Source: Candidatus Curtissbacteria bacterium
Lineage (GTDB): Bacteria > Patescibacteriota > Microgenomatia > Curtissbacterales > GWA2-41-24
DNA: 64,000 nt
Assembly (NCBI GenBank): GCA_016183325.1
Contig: JACPEV010000008.1
Coordinates: forward strand, 472 to 64,471
Reading direction: 5' to 3'
Of this stretch, positions 1 to 8,600 are shown in pieces. A model generated the notes under the pieces. The model searched no databases and was not told the origin of the DNA. It saw only the letters and a program-made list of their open reading frames with translations. The position numbers and the translations under genes were made by a program. How positions within the stretch are numbered: the first letter of the stretch is position 1; every line of letters starts with the position of its first letter.

Positions 1-1
1 A

Positions 2-199
2 AAGACTATTTGGGGAAGATGGCAGGGCCTACAGATTCCCGACAAAATTACAATTTACAAAGGACCGATCGAGTTTTTGGCAAGAGGAGATAGGAAGAAA
101 ATTCGAAAACTGATTATTGACACAGTAGTGCATGAAATCGCCCATCACTTCGGAATTTCCGACAGAAGAATCGGAGAAATTGAAAGAAAGACTAAATAG
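2..199 (+). CDS. zincin-like metallopeptidase (small 'possible Zn-metallopeptidase'/DUF1025-type), C-terminal part; 5' end lies outside the window
   Basis: Frame 2 reads KTIWGRWQGLQIPDKITIYKGPIEFLARGDRKKIRKLIIDTVVHEIAHHFGISDRRIGEIERKTK*. The HExxH motif (HEIAHHFG) sits in the context typical of this family. Stop TAG at 197-199. Absent from the ORF track because no start codon lies inside the window. Confidence 0.55.
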   Translation, partial: KTIWGRWQGLQIPDKITIYKGPIEFLARGDRKKIRKLIIDTVVHEIAHHFGISDRRIGEIERKTK

Positions 200-205
200 C
201 AGTCT

Positions 206-311
206 ATAATTGTTCAAGAGTACCACGGGTTTTTACCCGTGGGTGAATTGAATAATTACGTACTCGCCGAAGGCGTAGCCTGAGGATACCACGACTGTAA
301 AGTCGTGGTAG
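206..311 (+). repeat. structured three-hairpin element, copy A; near-identical inverted copy at 13441-13549
   Basis: Three hairpins: ccacgggt-tttt-acccgtgg, cgcc-gaa-ggcg and ccacgact-gtaa-agtcgtgg (GNRA loop). An outer pairing joins taattgttc and gaataatta. The reverse complement matches 13441-13549 at about 95%. The element lies between the metallopeptidase gene and cutA. Confidence 0.5.
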
Positions 312-312
312 T

Positions 313-618
313 TCATTTTGTTTCAGAGATCAGCCAGTTAAGATAAGTCTCGCTGACTTTTGAGGATTTGATCGCAACAACTTCTGGAACTTCATAACCT
401 GAATGTTCTTGGATTATTTCTTTGATTTTTTCGAAATTAGAATCTTTCGTTTTCAAAATTATTAAAACTTCGTTGCTTTTTTCAATTTTCCCTTTCCACA
501 AGTAAGCTGATTTAACGGGGAACAAATTGTAACAGGCAATAAGACGTTCTTTTAACAACAGATCGCCGATTTTTCTAGCTGTTACCAATTTGTGGAAGGT
601 GGTAAAAATCAAAATCAT
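313..618 (-). CDS. cutA: divalent-cation tolerance protein CutA
   Basis: The 101-aa translation (…LIACYNLFPVKSAYLWKGKIEKSNEVLIILKTK…HSGYEVPEVVAIK…NWL) shows the CutA1 fold signature. Confidence 0.7.
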   Translation of the reverse strand: MILIFTTFHKLVTARKIGDLLLKERLIACYNLFPVKSAYLWKGKIEKSNEVLIILKTKDSNFEKIKEIIQEHSGYEVPEVVAIKSSKVSETYLNWLISETK

Positions 619-662
619 TTCATTTATTTCCTATTCTTTCAATTTTATGTACATTTTAAATC

Positions 663-696
663 ATCACATTTTACGACATGTCGAATTTTGTGATGG
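663..696. promoter_or_regulatory. 34-nt palindromic operator-like site, copy 2 (ATCACATTTTAYGACATGTCRAA-TTGTGATGG)
   Basis: Perfect inverted arms TCACAATT/AATTGTGA (TCACATTTT/AAAATGTGA in copy 1) around a GACATGTC core. It sits about 45 nt upstream of the cutA start, immediately after the regulator gene's stop. The twin copy is at 1307-1340. Confidence 0.45.
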
Positions 697-698
697 TA

Positions 699-1295
699 TT
701 AAATTCCAAAATATTTTCTGTAAGCAGTTTCGTTCTCTAAACTCCCAACTGTTAATATTTGAACTTCATTTCCAATAGCAAACAATTGTCTTAGATATTC
801 TATTTCATCTTCACATTTAAATGGTGTTAAATAAACGCTCTTTTGAAGCTTTAGCAAATTTAATTTTTTAATTGATATCCTAAATAATTCACTATTTGCC
901 TTTTTTGACTTTACAATATCGTATATTACAAGTCTCCATTTGCCGTCCCATTTTGATTCGTCCAGTTCCATTTCTTCGATCTTGTATCTGAGCAATTTCC
1001 TCTTGCCTTTTTCGGTGATTTTGATAAGCGGATTTCCATTTTCCTCTTTGATCTCAACTAGTTTTGCCTGTTGCATTCTCTTGATGACTTGCCGCAGCCT
1101 CCACAAGTTAAACTTTTCCCATTCCTTTTGTCTCTTTTGCAGCTCTGATTCTCTTTTGGCATCAATAAGGGGTTTGGCAGCCAAAGGCAAACCAGGAAAA
1201 ATAATGCTTCCAACAAGAAAGGTTCCGGCACCGAGAAGTATTAGAACTTCTTTAACCTTCGGATCAATTTTTGGTATTTCTACTATTTTAGGCAC
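699..1295 (-). CDS. membrane-anchored PaaX-like / Cas2-fold domain protein, putative transcriptional regulator
   Basis: N-terminal TM segment (ILLGAGTFLVGSIIFPGLPLA). The C-terminal block WRLVIYDIVKSKKANSELFRISIKKLNLLKLQKSVYLTPF resembles the Cas2/PaaX C-terminal fold (YDI…R…Q-SV). The gene is flanked on both sides by the 34-nt palindrome. Confidence 0.4.
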   Translation of the reverse strand: MPKIVEIPKIDPKVKEVLILLGAGTFLVGSIIFPGLPLAAKPLIDAKRESELQKRQKEWEKFNLWRLRQVIKRMQQAKLVEIKEENGNPLIKITEKGKRKLLRYKIEEMELDESKWDGKWRLVIYDIVKSKKANSELFRISIKKLNLLKLQKSVYLTPFKCEDEIEYLRQLFAIGNEVQILTVGSLENETAYRKYFGI

Positions 1296-1306
1296 GGTTT
1301 TATATT

Positions 1307-1340
1307 ATCACATTTTATGACATGTCAAAAAATGTGATGG
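1307..1340. promoter_or_regulatory. 34-nt palindromic operator-like site, copy 1
   Basis: atcacattttatgacatgtcaaaaaatgtgatgg lies 12 nt upstream of the start of the 699-1295 gene, which suggests autoregulation. It has the same architecture as 663-696. Confidence 0.45.
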
Positions 1341-1387
1341 TTATGCTATAGGGTGCCATTAAGAAACTGTTCTGTTTTAGCTGACAG

Positions 1388-2251
1388 TCATGAGCTGAAG
1401 ACGGAAAGAAGAACGATACCGATTAAAGTAACAATAATGCCTACGATTTGTTGTTTGGTGATCTTGTCTTTGAAAACAAAGAATGCTAATACAACAAATA
1501 AAGTAGGGTATGAGCCGGCAATAGGAGCAATTATCGAAACTAGGCCTTTTTCAATAGCTACATTATAGGTAAAATCCCCCACTCCAACAAGTATAGCAGC
1601 ACCTAATGTTGGAATAAGAGATTGTTTGAGTAGTTTCTTTGAGATTTGAAATTCTCTAAATTTCCAAAATAGCAAGATTAACGGGGTCAGCATTAGGGGA
1701 ATGTACGAAGGCCAAAACCAGCCGATTTCTCGGACGGGAATTTTTACAAATGTGATATATATTGCCCAACACAGCATAGCAATAATTGCAAAAGTAATTC
1801 CACGATCGATGGTTACTCTTCTATTTATGATTTCTTTAAGATTTAAAAGTGAAAAAGTTAAACCAGTAAAAATAATTAAAATTGCCAGAATTTGATTAGA
1901 AGTAATCTTTTCTTTTAGAAAAATTATTGAAAGGAGTACCACTAAAGCTGGAAAAGAGCCAGCAATACTACCAACTAAGGGTGCGTTACCGACTCTTAAC
2001 CCTTCAAAAAAGGCGAGAAAACCTATGATGAGAATAAAACCAATTACTATGTTTAAGATTAAAAGCCCTAAAGTGATATTTTGAAGTTCGTTCAACTGGG
2101 TGAATCCATAAAAGCTGAATAGTACTAAACGGATTATCCGTGTCCAAAAAGTAGTCTGGACACCACCTATTTTTCTAGTAGAAATCGCTCCGAATATATC
2201 ACCTATCCCCAATCCAAAATAAGAAATAAAAGCAAAAAAGATCGCTGGCAT
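1388..2251 (-). CDS. DMT/EamA-family permease
   Basis: 287 aa, about ten hydrophobic helices, EamA-like duplicated topology. Confidence 0.6.
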   Translation of the reverse strand: MPAIFFAFISYFGLGIGDIFGAISTRKIGGVQTTFWTRIIRLVLFSFYGFTQLNELQNITLGLLILNIVIGFILIIGFLAFFEGLRVGNAPLVGSIAGSFPALVVLLSIIFLKEKITSNQILAILIIFTGLTFSLLNLKEIINRRVTIDRGITFAIIAMLCWAIYITFVKIPVREIGWFWPSYIPLMLTPLILLFWKFREFQISKKLLKQSLIPTLGAAILVGVGDFTYNVAIEKGLVSIIAPIAGSYPTLFVVLAFFVFKDKITKQQIVGIIVTLIGIVLLSVFSS

Positions 2252-2276
2252 TTTTTGATTTTATCAGAATTTCAAT

Positions 2277-3572
2277 TTAAGTTTTGGAAAGGTTTGTAAA
2301 AATTCCTTTGAAGTAAAAGGTTGCTCCGACTAAAAGCGAAACTGCAGCACCAAGGCCAATAGAAAAAAGGGCAGAAGTGTAGTGCGCTACTGTTCCGGCG
2401 AGAGCATTGCCTAAAGGCATCATGCCGATGAACATCGTTAAGTAAACCGCCATGATTCTGGCGCGCATTTGATCAGGGGATGCAAGCTGGACGAGGGTAT
2501 TAACAGTTGAAACCTGGGTTAACATTCCAAACCCGGAAAAAAATAACAGGACGTGGGCAAGCGCAAAATTTCTGTTAACGGAAAAGAGGATAAGACTGAT
2601 TGTTGAAATCAGGATGCCTACCATAACAAACGATATTTTATTTTCCTTTCTTGAATTTGCGGAAACAAAGACTGCTCCCATAAGACTGCCGGCACCGGTT
2701 GCGGCCAATAATGATCCAAGACCCGAAGGTCCTGAAGAAAATACTTTCTCGGCGACAGGCGGCATTAATGTTTGGTAAGGCCAGACGAAAACAGCGGAAA
2801 CAAATCCTAGAATTATGAAATATAGAATTTTAGGGTGAGTAAATGCATATTTTATTCCTTCTTTTAAGGAATCCATTGGGCTGTTAGCGTGGTCGGGTGA
2901 AAAACTATAAATCGGCCTAATTTTTATGATAGCCCAGATGCCCGCAATGAAACTCAGGCCGTTTAGAATAAACGGCCAGCCGACACCAAAAGATACGATC
3001 AGTGCTCCGGCAATAGCAGGGCCAATGAAGCGAGCGGCATTAAAAAGACCGTTATTGATTGGAATTGCGGAGGCAAGATCGCGTTTGCCGACCATTTCGA
3101 CTATGAACGTTAATCTTGCCGGTAAGTCGATCGCGGCAATCGTGCCGCTTATGAAAAATAAGAGCAAAACAAGCTCAAGGTTTGCTTTTTCAAATAGGAC
3201 TAAGACGCCTAAGGTGATGGCCACTACAGCTTCCGCAACTTGTGTCCAAATCAATAGCTTTCGCTTGTCAACTTTGTCGACAAATACTCCAACGAAAGTC
3301 GTAAAAAACAAAAATGGAAGTCCGCCTACTGCCGCCGCGGCCCCGACCCAAAAGACGGAGTTGGTCAGCAAAAAAACAAGCCAGCCGATAGCAACTTGCT
3401 GGAGCCAAAAACCGATTAAGGAAATGGCTTGGCCAAATACATAGAGCTGAAAATTCCTGTGGGCAAGCGCAGGGAATATAGAGATAATTTTTCCAGGGAG
3501 CTGTACTGGCGCCGTACCTGAAGTAAGAGCTATTTCTATATCTTCTTCAATTAGTTGATTTTCTTTTTCCAT
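2277..3572 (-). CDS. MFS transporter
   Basis: 431 aa, 12 predicted TM helices, MFS-like loop motifs (GxxxDKxDKRK). Confidence 0.7.
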   Translation of the reverse strand: MEKENQLIEEDIEIALTSGTAPVQLPGKIISIFPALAHRNFQLYVFGQAISLIGFWLQQVAIGWLVFLLTNSVFWVGAAAAVGGLPFLFFTTFVGVFVDKVDKRKLLIWTQVAEAVVAITLGVLVLFEKANLELVLLLFFISGTIAAIDLPARLTFIVEMVGKRDLASAIPINNGLFNAARFIGPAIAGALIVSFGVGWPFILNGLSFIAGIWAIIKIRPIYSFSPDHANSPMDSLKEGIKYAFTHPKILYFIILGFVSAVFVWPYQTLMPPVAEKVFSSGPSGLGSLLAATGAGSLMGAVFVSANSRKENKISFVMVGILISTISLILFSVNRNFALAHVLLFFSGFGMLTQVSTVNTLVQLASPDQMRARIMAVYLTMFIGMMPLGNALAGTVAHYTSALFSIGLGAAVSLLVGATFYFKGIFTNLSKT

Positions 3573-3696
3573 TCTTTATTAGTCTTTCATTTTAACCTAT
3601 TTTATATCTGACTTTTGAATGGTATATTCTAAAATGGCACGAAAGTCCTCCTTCTCCGGCTTCGCCGGATTCGGAGGGTAAAGGAGGCGAATTTTA

Positions 3697-4116
3697 ATGC
3701 TACCATTTGAATCAAATTTTGTAGCCATTATAGTTGCTGCTGTTGCGAATATGGGTTTGGGCGCTTTTTGGTATTCGATGAGCGGACTGGGCAAAACTTG
3801 GATGAAACTTTCCGGCATTTCCAAAGAAGATATTGAAAAAGCTAAAAAAGCCGGTATGACCCAATCATATGTAATAGCCTCAGTAGGTTCACTGGTTATG
3901 GCTTATGTTTTGGGCGTCTTAACCTATTACCTTGGAGCCATGACTTTAATGGGCGGAATGAAAGTTGGAATTTTAGCCTGGCTTGGTTTTATTGCGCCGG
4001 CGATGCTGGGATCAGTTCTCTGGGAAAATAAGTCGTGGAATCTTTACGCAATTAACGCCGGGTATTATCTTGTGTCGCTATCAATTATGGGCGCGATTTT
4101 GGCTCTTTGGAAATAA
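3697..4116 (+). CDS. DUF1761-like small membrane protein
   Basis: 139 aa, four TM segments, conserved W/Y pattern. SD-like ggagg sits 12 nt upstream of the ATG. Confidence 0.45.
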   Translation: MLPFESNFVAIIVAAVANMGLGAFWYSMSGLGKTWMKLSGISKEDIEKAKKAGMTQSYVIASVGSLVMAYVLGVLTYYLGAMTLMGGMKVGILAWLGFIAPAMLGSVLWENKSWNLYAINAGYYLVSLSIMGAILALWK

Positions 4117-4128
4117 TTTTAATTTCTT

Positions 4129-4320
4129 TCACCAACCGAGAGCTTTTACGACCTCATCAGCAGAGTTGTAAGATCCTGCCGGCAAATTCTCTGAGAATTC
4201 TTTTTTATCTTCTTCTGAAAAATCAGAAAGGCCGTCGCACTCTTTAACTAAATCAGCTTTTGAAGCCGGATAGCTTTGATGATTTTTAAGATGGTCAATG
4301 GCACCTGATTTGTTTTGCAT
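4129..4320 (-). CDS. DUF2795-like small protein
   Basis: 63 aa (…YPASKADLVKECDGLSDFSEEDKKEFSENLPAGSYNSADEVVKALG). A strong SD (AAGGAGGTG) lies 8 nt upstream of the ATG. Confidence 0.5.
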   Translation of the reverse strand: MQNKSGAIDHLKNHQSYPASKADLVKECDGLSDFSEEDKKEFSENLPAGSYNSADEVVKALGW

Positions 4321-4430
4321 GTTTATTCACCTCCTTTACTTTAAGGGCAAACCTGACGGTTTTCCCTTAATATTCCCTTTCCCTACATGGAGTAAATTTT
4401 ACTGGCACAGCCAGATAAAATTTACATATT

Positions 4431-4826
4431 TTAGTTTGCGCGGACCTGGACTAGTTGGAAATAGTTGCCGTCTATATCCTCAAAGGTTGAAATCCAGCCA
4501 TAACCCTCTACGTGATAAGTATCCTGAATTTGTTTTACTTTTGCTTTCTTAAGTCTGGCCGCTTCCTTTTTAATATTATCCACTTCTAAATTGAAGATTA
4601 TTCTATCCGGGTTTTTATTTTTGCCTTTGACTTTTGAATGATCAATAACATAAATGCTGGGTCCTTTACCGAGTTTCAACTCGTAAAGTTCCTCGCCTTT
4701 TTCACCCATTACTCCCTCAAAATTAATTTCCAAACCGACTTTTTCCATATAAAAGGTTGCGAGTTTTTTGGCACTTTCGCTGAAGAGATTGATGCTTTCT
4801 AGGCTTGTGATCATAAAATTTATCAC
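4431..4826 (-). CDS. VOC-family (glyoxalase/bleomycin-resistance fold) protein
   Basis: 131 aa with a βαβββ-type pattern and conserved His/Glu positions. SD GAAGGAGGTG lies upstream. Confidence 0.5.
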   Translation of the reverse strand: MINFMITSLESINLFSESAKKLATFYMEKVGLEINFEGVMGEKGEELYELKLGKGPSIYVIDHSKVKGKNKNPDRIIFNLEVDNIKKEAARLKKAKVKQIQDTYHVEGYGWISTFEDIDGNYFQLVQVRAN

Positions 4827-4911
4827 CTCCTTCTATACTTACCGTGGATTCACAGTTTAACTCTAAGGTCGCCAAAATTCAATTGGGATTTTTTTAAGCA
4901 TTCCCTTAAAG

Positions 4912-4958
4912 GTCCGACCTTTTGCAGCTTCAGCTTTTTTTCAAGGTCGGACCTTTTA
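4912..4958. promoter_or_regulatory. 14-bp perfect inverted repeat (AAAGGTCCGACCTTT … AAGGTCGGACCTTT) in a divergent promoter region
   Basis: The two arms are exact reverse complements separated by 17 nt. The site lies between the divergently oriented 4431-4826 and 5054-5467 genes. TTGACA at 4974 and taataat follow it. Confidence 0.3.
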
Positions 4959-5010
4959 AAAATAAGACATTCATTGACAAATTAATAATATAGAGAATAA
5001 TGTATGTGAG

Positions 5011-5052
5011 AAGAAAAGTTTTATTTCATAAAAGAAAAGTTTTATTTCATAA
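5011..5052. repeat. perfect 21-nt tandem duplication (aagaaaagttttatttcataa x2)
   Basis: Read directly. It ends 1 nt before the ATG at 5054. Confidence 0.6.
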
Positions 5053-5053
5053 A

Positions 5054-5467
5054 ATGGAAAAAATTGTTCAGCTTTTGGCAGACCCGAAAATTAAGATTAT
5101 TTTGATAGCCGGCCTTATTATTATTTCCTCAATCATTTATTTTGGAGTCAAAAATCCCCAAATTGAAAATGCGACGGTTGTTAGTCAAACTTCTTCCCCG
5201 TCACCACAGACACCGGCCCCTGAAATTGATGCGGAAATTTTGAAAAACGCCCTGAATCTTTATATTGACAAAAGAGCGGAGAGTATAGACTTGAAAGATG
5301 GTCCATGTCTGGGCAAAATCGCAGAAGATTGGGTTTTGGACATTGCACACAGACCCCGAACTGCCGTTGATGATCTTCCGGAAAATCAGTGCGCGGACTT
5401 TCGCGAAGGCCGCGCTCATCACTTTATAGAACTTGACCCTGACGGACAATTAATCAGAAGCTTTTAA
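5054..5467 (+). CDS. hypothetical membrane-anchored protein
   Basis: Start MEKIVQ chosen after the tandem duplication. N-terminal TM segment, then a Pro/Ser linker and a C-terminal domain containing Cys residues. Confidence 0.35.
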   Translation: MEKIVQLLADPKIKIILIAGLIIISSIIYFGVKNPQIENATVVSQTSSPSPQTPAPEIDAEILKNALNLYIDKRAESIDLKDGPCLGKIAEDWVLDIAHRPRTAVDDLPENQCADFREGRAHHFIELDPDGQLIRSF

Positions 5468-5593
5468 TCCCACAATTTCTTTGTGGCCTTTATTTTGGCG
5501 GGGTTAGTGTTGCCAATGGCAATGATCATAAAAACTTCACCTTTAGTTTATCAACAAAGATAGTAATTGCTCAGTCTCTTTGACAAAGTTTTA

Positions 5594-5672
5594 TTGTTCG
5601 AGCGTAGCCAAGTCTGACTTGGCGTAGTCGAGAACTTCTCGGCTCCCGAGTCTGACTCGGTCGCTCGAAGAA
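5594..5672. repeat. compound palindromic intergenic element (outer stem ttcgagcg/cgctcgaa; inner hairpins gccaag…cttggc, cgagaa…ttctcg, ctcgg…ccgag)
   Basis: Read directly. A related element occurs at 33371-33420, and a ttattgttcgaac start at 62476. Confidence 0.4.
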
Positions 5673-5708
5673 TATTGTGTCAAGGACTCTGAGTAGTTAC
5701 AGATTTAG

Positions 5709-5745
5709 TGCGTCGCACAATCAATGCAGTGCGACATGATATAAT
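5709..5745 (+). promoter_or_regulatory. inverted repeat gtcgcac…gtgcgac overlapping a -10 box (gatataat) upstream of hicB
   Basis: GCGTCGCACAAT-N8-GTGCGAC-ATGATATAAT lies 10 nt before the hicB ATG. The same GCGTCGCACAAT 12-mer recurs at 10184. Confidence 0.4.
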
Positions 5746-5754
5746 ACTAGTAAC

Positions 5755-6042
5755 ATGAAATTACCATTGACCATAAAGGTTTTCTATGAAGGGACCTCTA
5801 AAGACGCACCGTGGGTTTCTTTTAATCCCGAATTTAAAGTTGCATCTTGTGGACCTACACCTAAAAAGGCCGAAGCAAATTTAAAAGAGGCCGTTAGAGG
5901 AGTTTTGAAAACTTGTGAAGACATTGGTACCTTGGAGGATGTTTTGAATGACGCGGGATTTTTAATGGAGGATAAGAAAGTTAAACTAACAAAGGCTACG
6001 GCAAAAATTGAAAACGTCGAAGTTGCCATTCCTGTTCTTTAA
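5755..6042 (+). CDS. hicB: HicB-family antitoxin (UPF0150 fold)
   Basis: 95 aa; …YEGTSKDAPWVSFNPEFKVASCGPTPKKAEANLKEAVRGVL… is typical of the HicB N-domain. It lies immediately upstream of hicA. Confidence 0.55.
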   Translation: MKLPLTIKVFYEGTSKDAPWVSFNPEFKVASCGPTPKKAEANLKEAVRGVLKTCEDIGTLEDVLNDAGFLMEDKKVKLTKATAKIENVEVAIPVL

Positions 6043-6057
6043 TTTTGGAATCTTCTT

Positions 6058-6288
6058 GTGTCTCGCATCATACCAATCCACTACCGCAAATTAGTTAAAG
6101 TTTTCGAGAAGGATGGCTGGAAATTCCATAACCAGACAGGTAGTCACATTCATTTCGTAAAGTCGGGGTTCGAAAGACCTGTGACGATCCCAACATACAA
6201 ATTAGTCCCTGTTTTTATAATTAAGAACAATATGGAAACTGCAAAAATGTCAAGACAGCGATACTTGGAACTTTTACAAAAAGTTTAG
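6058..6288 (+). CDS. hicA: HicA-family mRNA interferase toxin
   Basis: YRKLVKVFEKDGWKFHNQTGSHIHFVKSGFERPVTIPTYK matches the HicA/YcfA dsRBD-like motif (GW…GSH). GTG start. Confidence 0.6.
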   Translation: MSRIIPIHYRKLVKVFEKDGWKFHNQTGSHIHFVKSGFERPVTIPTYKLVPVFIIKNNMETAKMSRQRYLELLQKV

Positions 6289-6321
6289 ACTAGCGGATTT
6301 GACGAAAGAAAATGGGAATTA

Positions 6322-6963
6322 CTAAGTAGTCTTCGTCTTTTGTGTTTCAGGCTCTATTTTTTTAATAGTTATAAAGCTTTTAAGTACAGTGTCGTACATG
6401 TCATGAAAGTTCATAAGTGAAATTACTAGAGAATACAGAATGCAAAAAATGAATATCGTGTAATTTATTTTTATATCCGTTGCAGGTAATTCTATTTTAG
6501 TTTGGTTAAAAATTAAATCATTAATTATAAGCGAAATCGATAGAGCGAAGAATATGTTTGACCAGAAAGCAAATCTTGCAGAGAAATACTCAGGTAATCT
6601 TTCTCGACCTACGCTTGCTAAGTAATTGTGCATTAGGTAAAAATTATTTACAGTATCACCTGGTTTCTTTCGATTAATTTTTTTTAACTCTGAAACTGCT
6701 GCATCATATAAATCTAAATCGCTAAACTTTATCCATAAAAATATGATTTTATTGAGGAAAATTTGTCTGAGAAGTTTAGTAAGAGACTGAAATATAAAAC
6801 CCATAAATAATCCAAACGCTATTAATAGAAGAATCTTAAGAGCATTACCAGCGGTAGCGCTTTCTATATTAATTATTTTTAAGTTTCTATCGTTAATGTA
6901 GAAAAAAAGCAGACCGGGAATTATATTATAGAAAAAACCAATCACTGAGTTTAGATTATCCAT
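6322..6963 (-). CDS. hypothetical polytopic membrane protein (very AT-rich)
   Basis: 213 aa with five or more TM helices. Composition is lower-GC than its neighbours. Confidence 0.35.
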   Translation of the reverse strand: MDNLNSVIGFFYNIIPGLLFFYINDRNLKIINIESATAGNALKILLLIAFGLFMGFIFQSLTKLLRQIFLNKIIFLWIKFSDLDLYDAAVSELKKINRKKPGDTVNNFYLMHNYLASVGRERLPEYFSARFAFWSNIFFALSISLIINDLIFNQTKIELPATDIKINYTIFIFCILYSLVISLMNFHDMYDTVLKSFITIKKIEPETQKTKTT

Positions 6964-6983
6964 TTTTTTTCTATAACTATTAC

Positions 6984-7007
6984 GTCCACTCCCGATGTGA
7001 ATTAGGT
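6984..7007. promoter_or_regulatory. conserved 24-nt motif CCACTCCCGATGTGAATTAG, copy 1
   Basis: It lies 20 nt upstream of the 6322-6963 gene start. On the transcribed strand it reads TAATTCACATCGGGAGTGG and contains a -35-like TTCACA. Confidence 0.35.
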
Positions 7008-7070
7008 TGACACATTTCAGCTACTCGTCGGTAGATTAGGTCTTATCCCTCTTCAAGAAATTGCTTTTTC

Positions 7071-7631
7071 TCAAGATGCTATTTCGCACTGCCTTACTTC
7101 AATAACACCTATTGTTTGTGTACCAACGACTCCACGGACCGTAACTGTTTGGCCATTTTTGAGTGGTAAGAGTTGGGTTTTATCTTCAACACGGCAACTG
7201 ATTTGGGTTAGTGAAAAGTCTTTCGTGGCTACATTATGGAATGATATCCCCGATTCTGTGATATTTGAGATTGTGGCCGAAAACTCGACAAACTTATCTT
7301 TCCACTTTACTTCGGCTGCTACCTGATTAGCGTCGAAGTCATCAGCCAGATCCCTTACGGCAATTTTCATCGGTGTTGGTTTAGGTAACTCTTGCTGTAC
7401 TTCACTTTTGGGTTGTTGAGTAGTTGAGGAAGTGGCTGTATCTTTCTTCTGACTGCTACTACCGGTCACAAATAACCCTACTACCGGTGGTATTACTACA
7501 AAAGCTAAAATTAGAGCCAATATCGGGTGTCGTGCTGGCCAGCTTCTAAGATCAGTTTGGCAATGAGGGCATTTTTTGGCCTTCGCATCAATTTCCGACT
7601 GGCAATCCTTACATTTTTTTGTTGCTTCCAT
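7071..7631 (-). CDS. zinc-ribbon / TM / OB-fold (tRNA_anti-like) protein
   Basis: N-terminal CKDCQ…CPHCQ zinc ribbon, one TM segment, a Ser/Thr/Gln linker and a C-terminal β-rich OB-like domain. Confidence 0.4.
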   Translation of the reverse strand: MEATKKCKDCQSEIDAKAKKCPHCQTDLRSWPARHPILALILAFVVIPPVVGLFVTGSSSQKKDTATSSTTQQPKSEVQQELPKPTPMKIAVRDLADDFDANQVAAEVKWKDKFVEFSATISNITESGISFHNVATKDFSLTQISCRVEDKTQLLPLKNGQTVTVRGVVGTQTIGVIEVRQCEIAS

Positions 7632-7740
7632 GTTTCACCTCCTTCGGCAGATTACCTCTTGGACAATATAGTAACTAATTTAGGCCGACATATCAATCAT
7701 TTTAGTACTTTTTATTGTCTTTGCGCTAATAGAATTTTAC

Positions 7741-7766
7741 ATCCACTCCCCGATGTGAATTAGCTT
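7741..7766. promoter_or_regulatory. conserved motif CCACTCCCCGATGTGAATTAG, copy 2
   Basis: 23 of 24 positions match 6984-7007. It lies about 110 nt upstream of the 7071-7631 gene start. Confidence 0.35.
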
Positions 7767-7770
7767 GGAA

Positions 7771-8331
7771 TCAGATCTGAATTTGAATTTGTGTCTGTGA
7801 TTTTAGAAGGCCAGAAGTGGCATTTCTTACTCTTGTAACCAAATCAGGTTCTTCCCCTCGATACTTTATTTCTATTGAAATTTTAGTTATTTCAATTGTT
7901 CCTTGCCTATCTTCTAACACCCACTCAGCTTTTTGAAGTTGGGCAACAACTCCTTCGTTTCCTCGATCAGCTCCCTCTTGGTTTATCTGCTCACGTAACA
8001 AAGGATCTCTTTCTCGATTGTATCTGTCCCGCCAATCTTGAGCCTTTTGCTCTCTTTCCTGCGCGTCTCTTAGGAGCTTTAAAATATCGGCCTTCGTTCC
8101 TCCTTCAAGCTTGAAGCCGCCAAATTGAAGGGGGTCGAAAGTTGCCCTACCTTGAATCCCGATACTTTCAAATACTCTCTCAAACGAGTTTCTGAATAGA
8201 TCAGCTTTGGCTTCACCGAATAAATATATCGTGACTCTTGTTGGCTCAGGAAGTACAGCAAGTACACGTTCAATGTTCTCGTGAGGGATCTCTGGAACAC
8301 TTCTTATGCTTCTAATTGCCTCTCTATCCAT
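7771..8331 (-). CDS. hypothetical protein
   Basis: 186 aa, charged and Arg/Glu-rich, higher GC than its neighbours. Family not recognised. Confidence 0.3.
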   Translation of the reverse strand: MDREAIRSIRSVPEIPHENIERVLAVLPEPTRVTIYLFGEAKADLFRNSFERVFESIGIQGRATFDPLQFGGFKLEGGTKADILKLLRDAQEREQKAQDWRDRYNRERDPLLREQINQEGADRGNEGVVAQLQKAEWVLEDRQGTIEITKISIEIKYRGEEPDLVTRVRNATSGLLKSQTQIQIQI

Positions 8332-8382
8332 TGTGAGGGAAAAATATCATGAATCATGCTTTTTGTCAAAAGAAAAACTGAA

Positions 8383-8530
8383 AGCGCCGCGCAATAGATA
8401 AACGCGACGTAAAATATTTAGCTTCAATTAGCCTCAATAATACAAAGGGGCAAAAATTGTCAATTTTAGAATTTAGCCCTTCCACTTTGCTCAGGATCTA
8501 TGATCTCGACTCCCCTGTCGATACCATTCC
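8383..8530. repeat. ~150-nt intergenic repeat family, copy R1
   Basis: Aligns with 10183-10327 (…ttagcctc-a-aata…ttttagaatttagcccttc…actcccctg-t-g-tacc). It begins with gcgccgcgcaat. Confidence 0.5.
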
Positions 8531-8600
8531 AAAGTTTTATCTCATTCATTTGGACGTATATTGTTTGTGACAATTGAAGACTGGCTGGTATAATTAATCT

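Noticed and set aside
206-311. Hammerhead or twister ribozyme in the three-hairpin element (CUGAGGA next to a GNRA hairpin)
   Set aside because: No GAAA or stem III follows stem II, and the conserved core nucleotides of the known small self-cleaving classes are absent.
2926-3444. 172-aa ORF on the plus strand, and similar antisense ORFs at 940-1320, 1701-1895, 13691-14395, 22182-22517, 30045-30449 and 52519-52995
   Set aside because: They are embedded antisense in well-supported genes (MFS, ftsZ, mraY, murE, glyQS), show low-complexity composition and have no ribosome-binding sites. They are shadow ORFs.
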